Assembly: GCA_035646755.1 (NCBI GenBank) | Contig: DASROV010000289.1 | Coordinates: forward strand, 1 to 24,673 | Length of the DNA: 24,673 bases | DNA from: Trueperaceae bacterium | GTDB lineage: Bacteria; Deinococcota; Deinococci; Deinococcales; Trueperaceae | Direction: 5' to 3' | In this document: positions 24,266 through 24,673 of the stretch, one piece after another | How positions within the stretch are numbered: the first letter of the stretch is position 1 | Layout: every line of letters begins with the position of its first letter | The notes under the pieces: model-generated | The model's input: the letters and a program-made list of their open reading frames with translations, nothing else | What the model was told of the DNA's origin: nothing | Databases searched by the model: none | Position numbers and translations under genes: made by a program

Positions 24266-24673
24266 ATGATCCCGGTATTCGACGGCCACAACGACACGCT
24301 CCTCAGCTACCTCGAGAACCCGGAACGCGACTTCTTCGAGCGCCGCGACGACGGCCATATCGACTTCGTCCGCGCCCACGAAGGCGGCCTCGCCGGCGGC
24401 TTCTTCGCGGTGTTCCCCAGCGCTCCCGAGCTGCCGGGTCTAGAGGGGCATTACCTGAAGCGCGACGGCAGCAGGGTCGTGACGCCACCGCCGTCACTCG
24501 ACCGCGTAAAGGCCACCGAGAAGACCAACGCGATGGTCTCGTTGTTGCTGCGTTGGGCGGCCGACGAGCGCGGTCGCTTCCGGCTGGTCAAGACCGCGGC
24601 CGAGTTGGAGCGGGCCATCGCCGACGGCGTGTTCTGCGGCATCCTTCACTTCGAGGGGGCCGAGGCCATCGAC
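24266..24673 (+). CDS. Membrane dipeptidase (peptidase M19, renal dipeptidase family), 3' truncated by the window edge
   Basis: Translated by hand; absent from the ORF track. MIPVFDGHNDTL, GHIDFVRAHEGGLAGGFFAVF, GILHFEGAEAID; TACCCT box 7 nt before the ATG. Confidence 0.9.
   Translation, partial: MIPVFDGHNDTLLSYLENPERDFFERRDDGHIDFVRAHEGGLAGGFFAVFPSAPELPGLEGHYLKRDGSRVVTPPPSLDRVKATEKTNAMVSLLLRWAADERGRFRLVKTAAELERAIADGVFCGILHFEGAEAID

Overview
GC-rich window (roughly two-thirds G+C by eye). It is probably from a Deinococcota, Truepera-like chromosome; this is inferred from TPR-GGDEF proteins, an ...SAQ-type non-lipoprotein solute-binding protein, and repeated TANNNT boxes 7-8 nt before start codons. 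The left half (1-12729) is a DeoR-associated carbohydrate locus. On the minus strand it encodes DeoR, an ABC solute-binding protein, two permeases, a clan GH-D-like glycosidase, a single-Cys Asp/Glu-racemase-fold protein, a class II aldolase, a GH84 beta-N-acetylglucosaminidase, a ROK kinase and a GH100-like glycosidase (truncated by the window edge and missed by the ORF track). A Gfo/Idh/MocA oxidoreductase is transcribed divergently across an intergenic region rich in repeats. Next come a formylglycine-generating enzyme and a YihV-like PfkB kinase, arranged head-to-head. After them, a decayed full-length tRNA-Val(TAC) copy and an intact tRNA-Val(TAC) lie 1370 bp apart and bracket one HExxH hypothetical gene. 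The right part holds a DAGK-family lipid kinase, a TM-PAS-GAF-HD-GYP phosphodiesterase, an M20 amidohydrolase, a TPR-GGDEF cyclase, a RIO1-type kinase, and a partial M19 dipeptidase (also missed by the ORF track). The most interesting candidates are a uORF plus anti-SD attenuator upstream of the RIO kinase, the tRNA-Val duplication islet, and the glycan operon with non-canonical catalytic residues. No integrase, transposase, CRISPR array or rRNA was seen.
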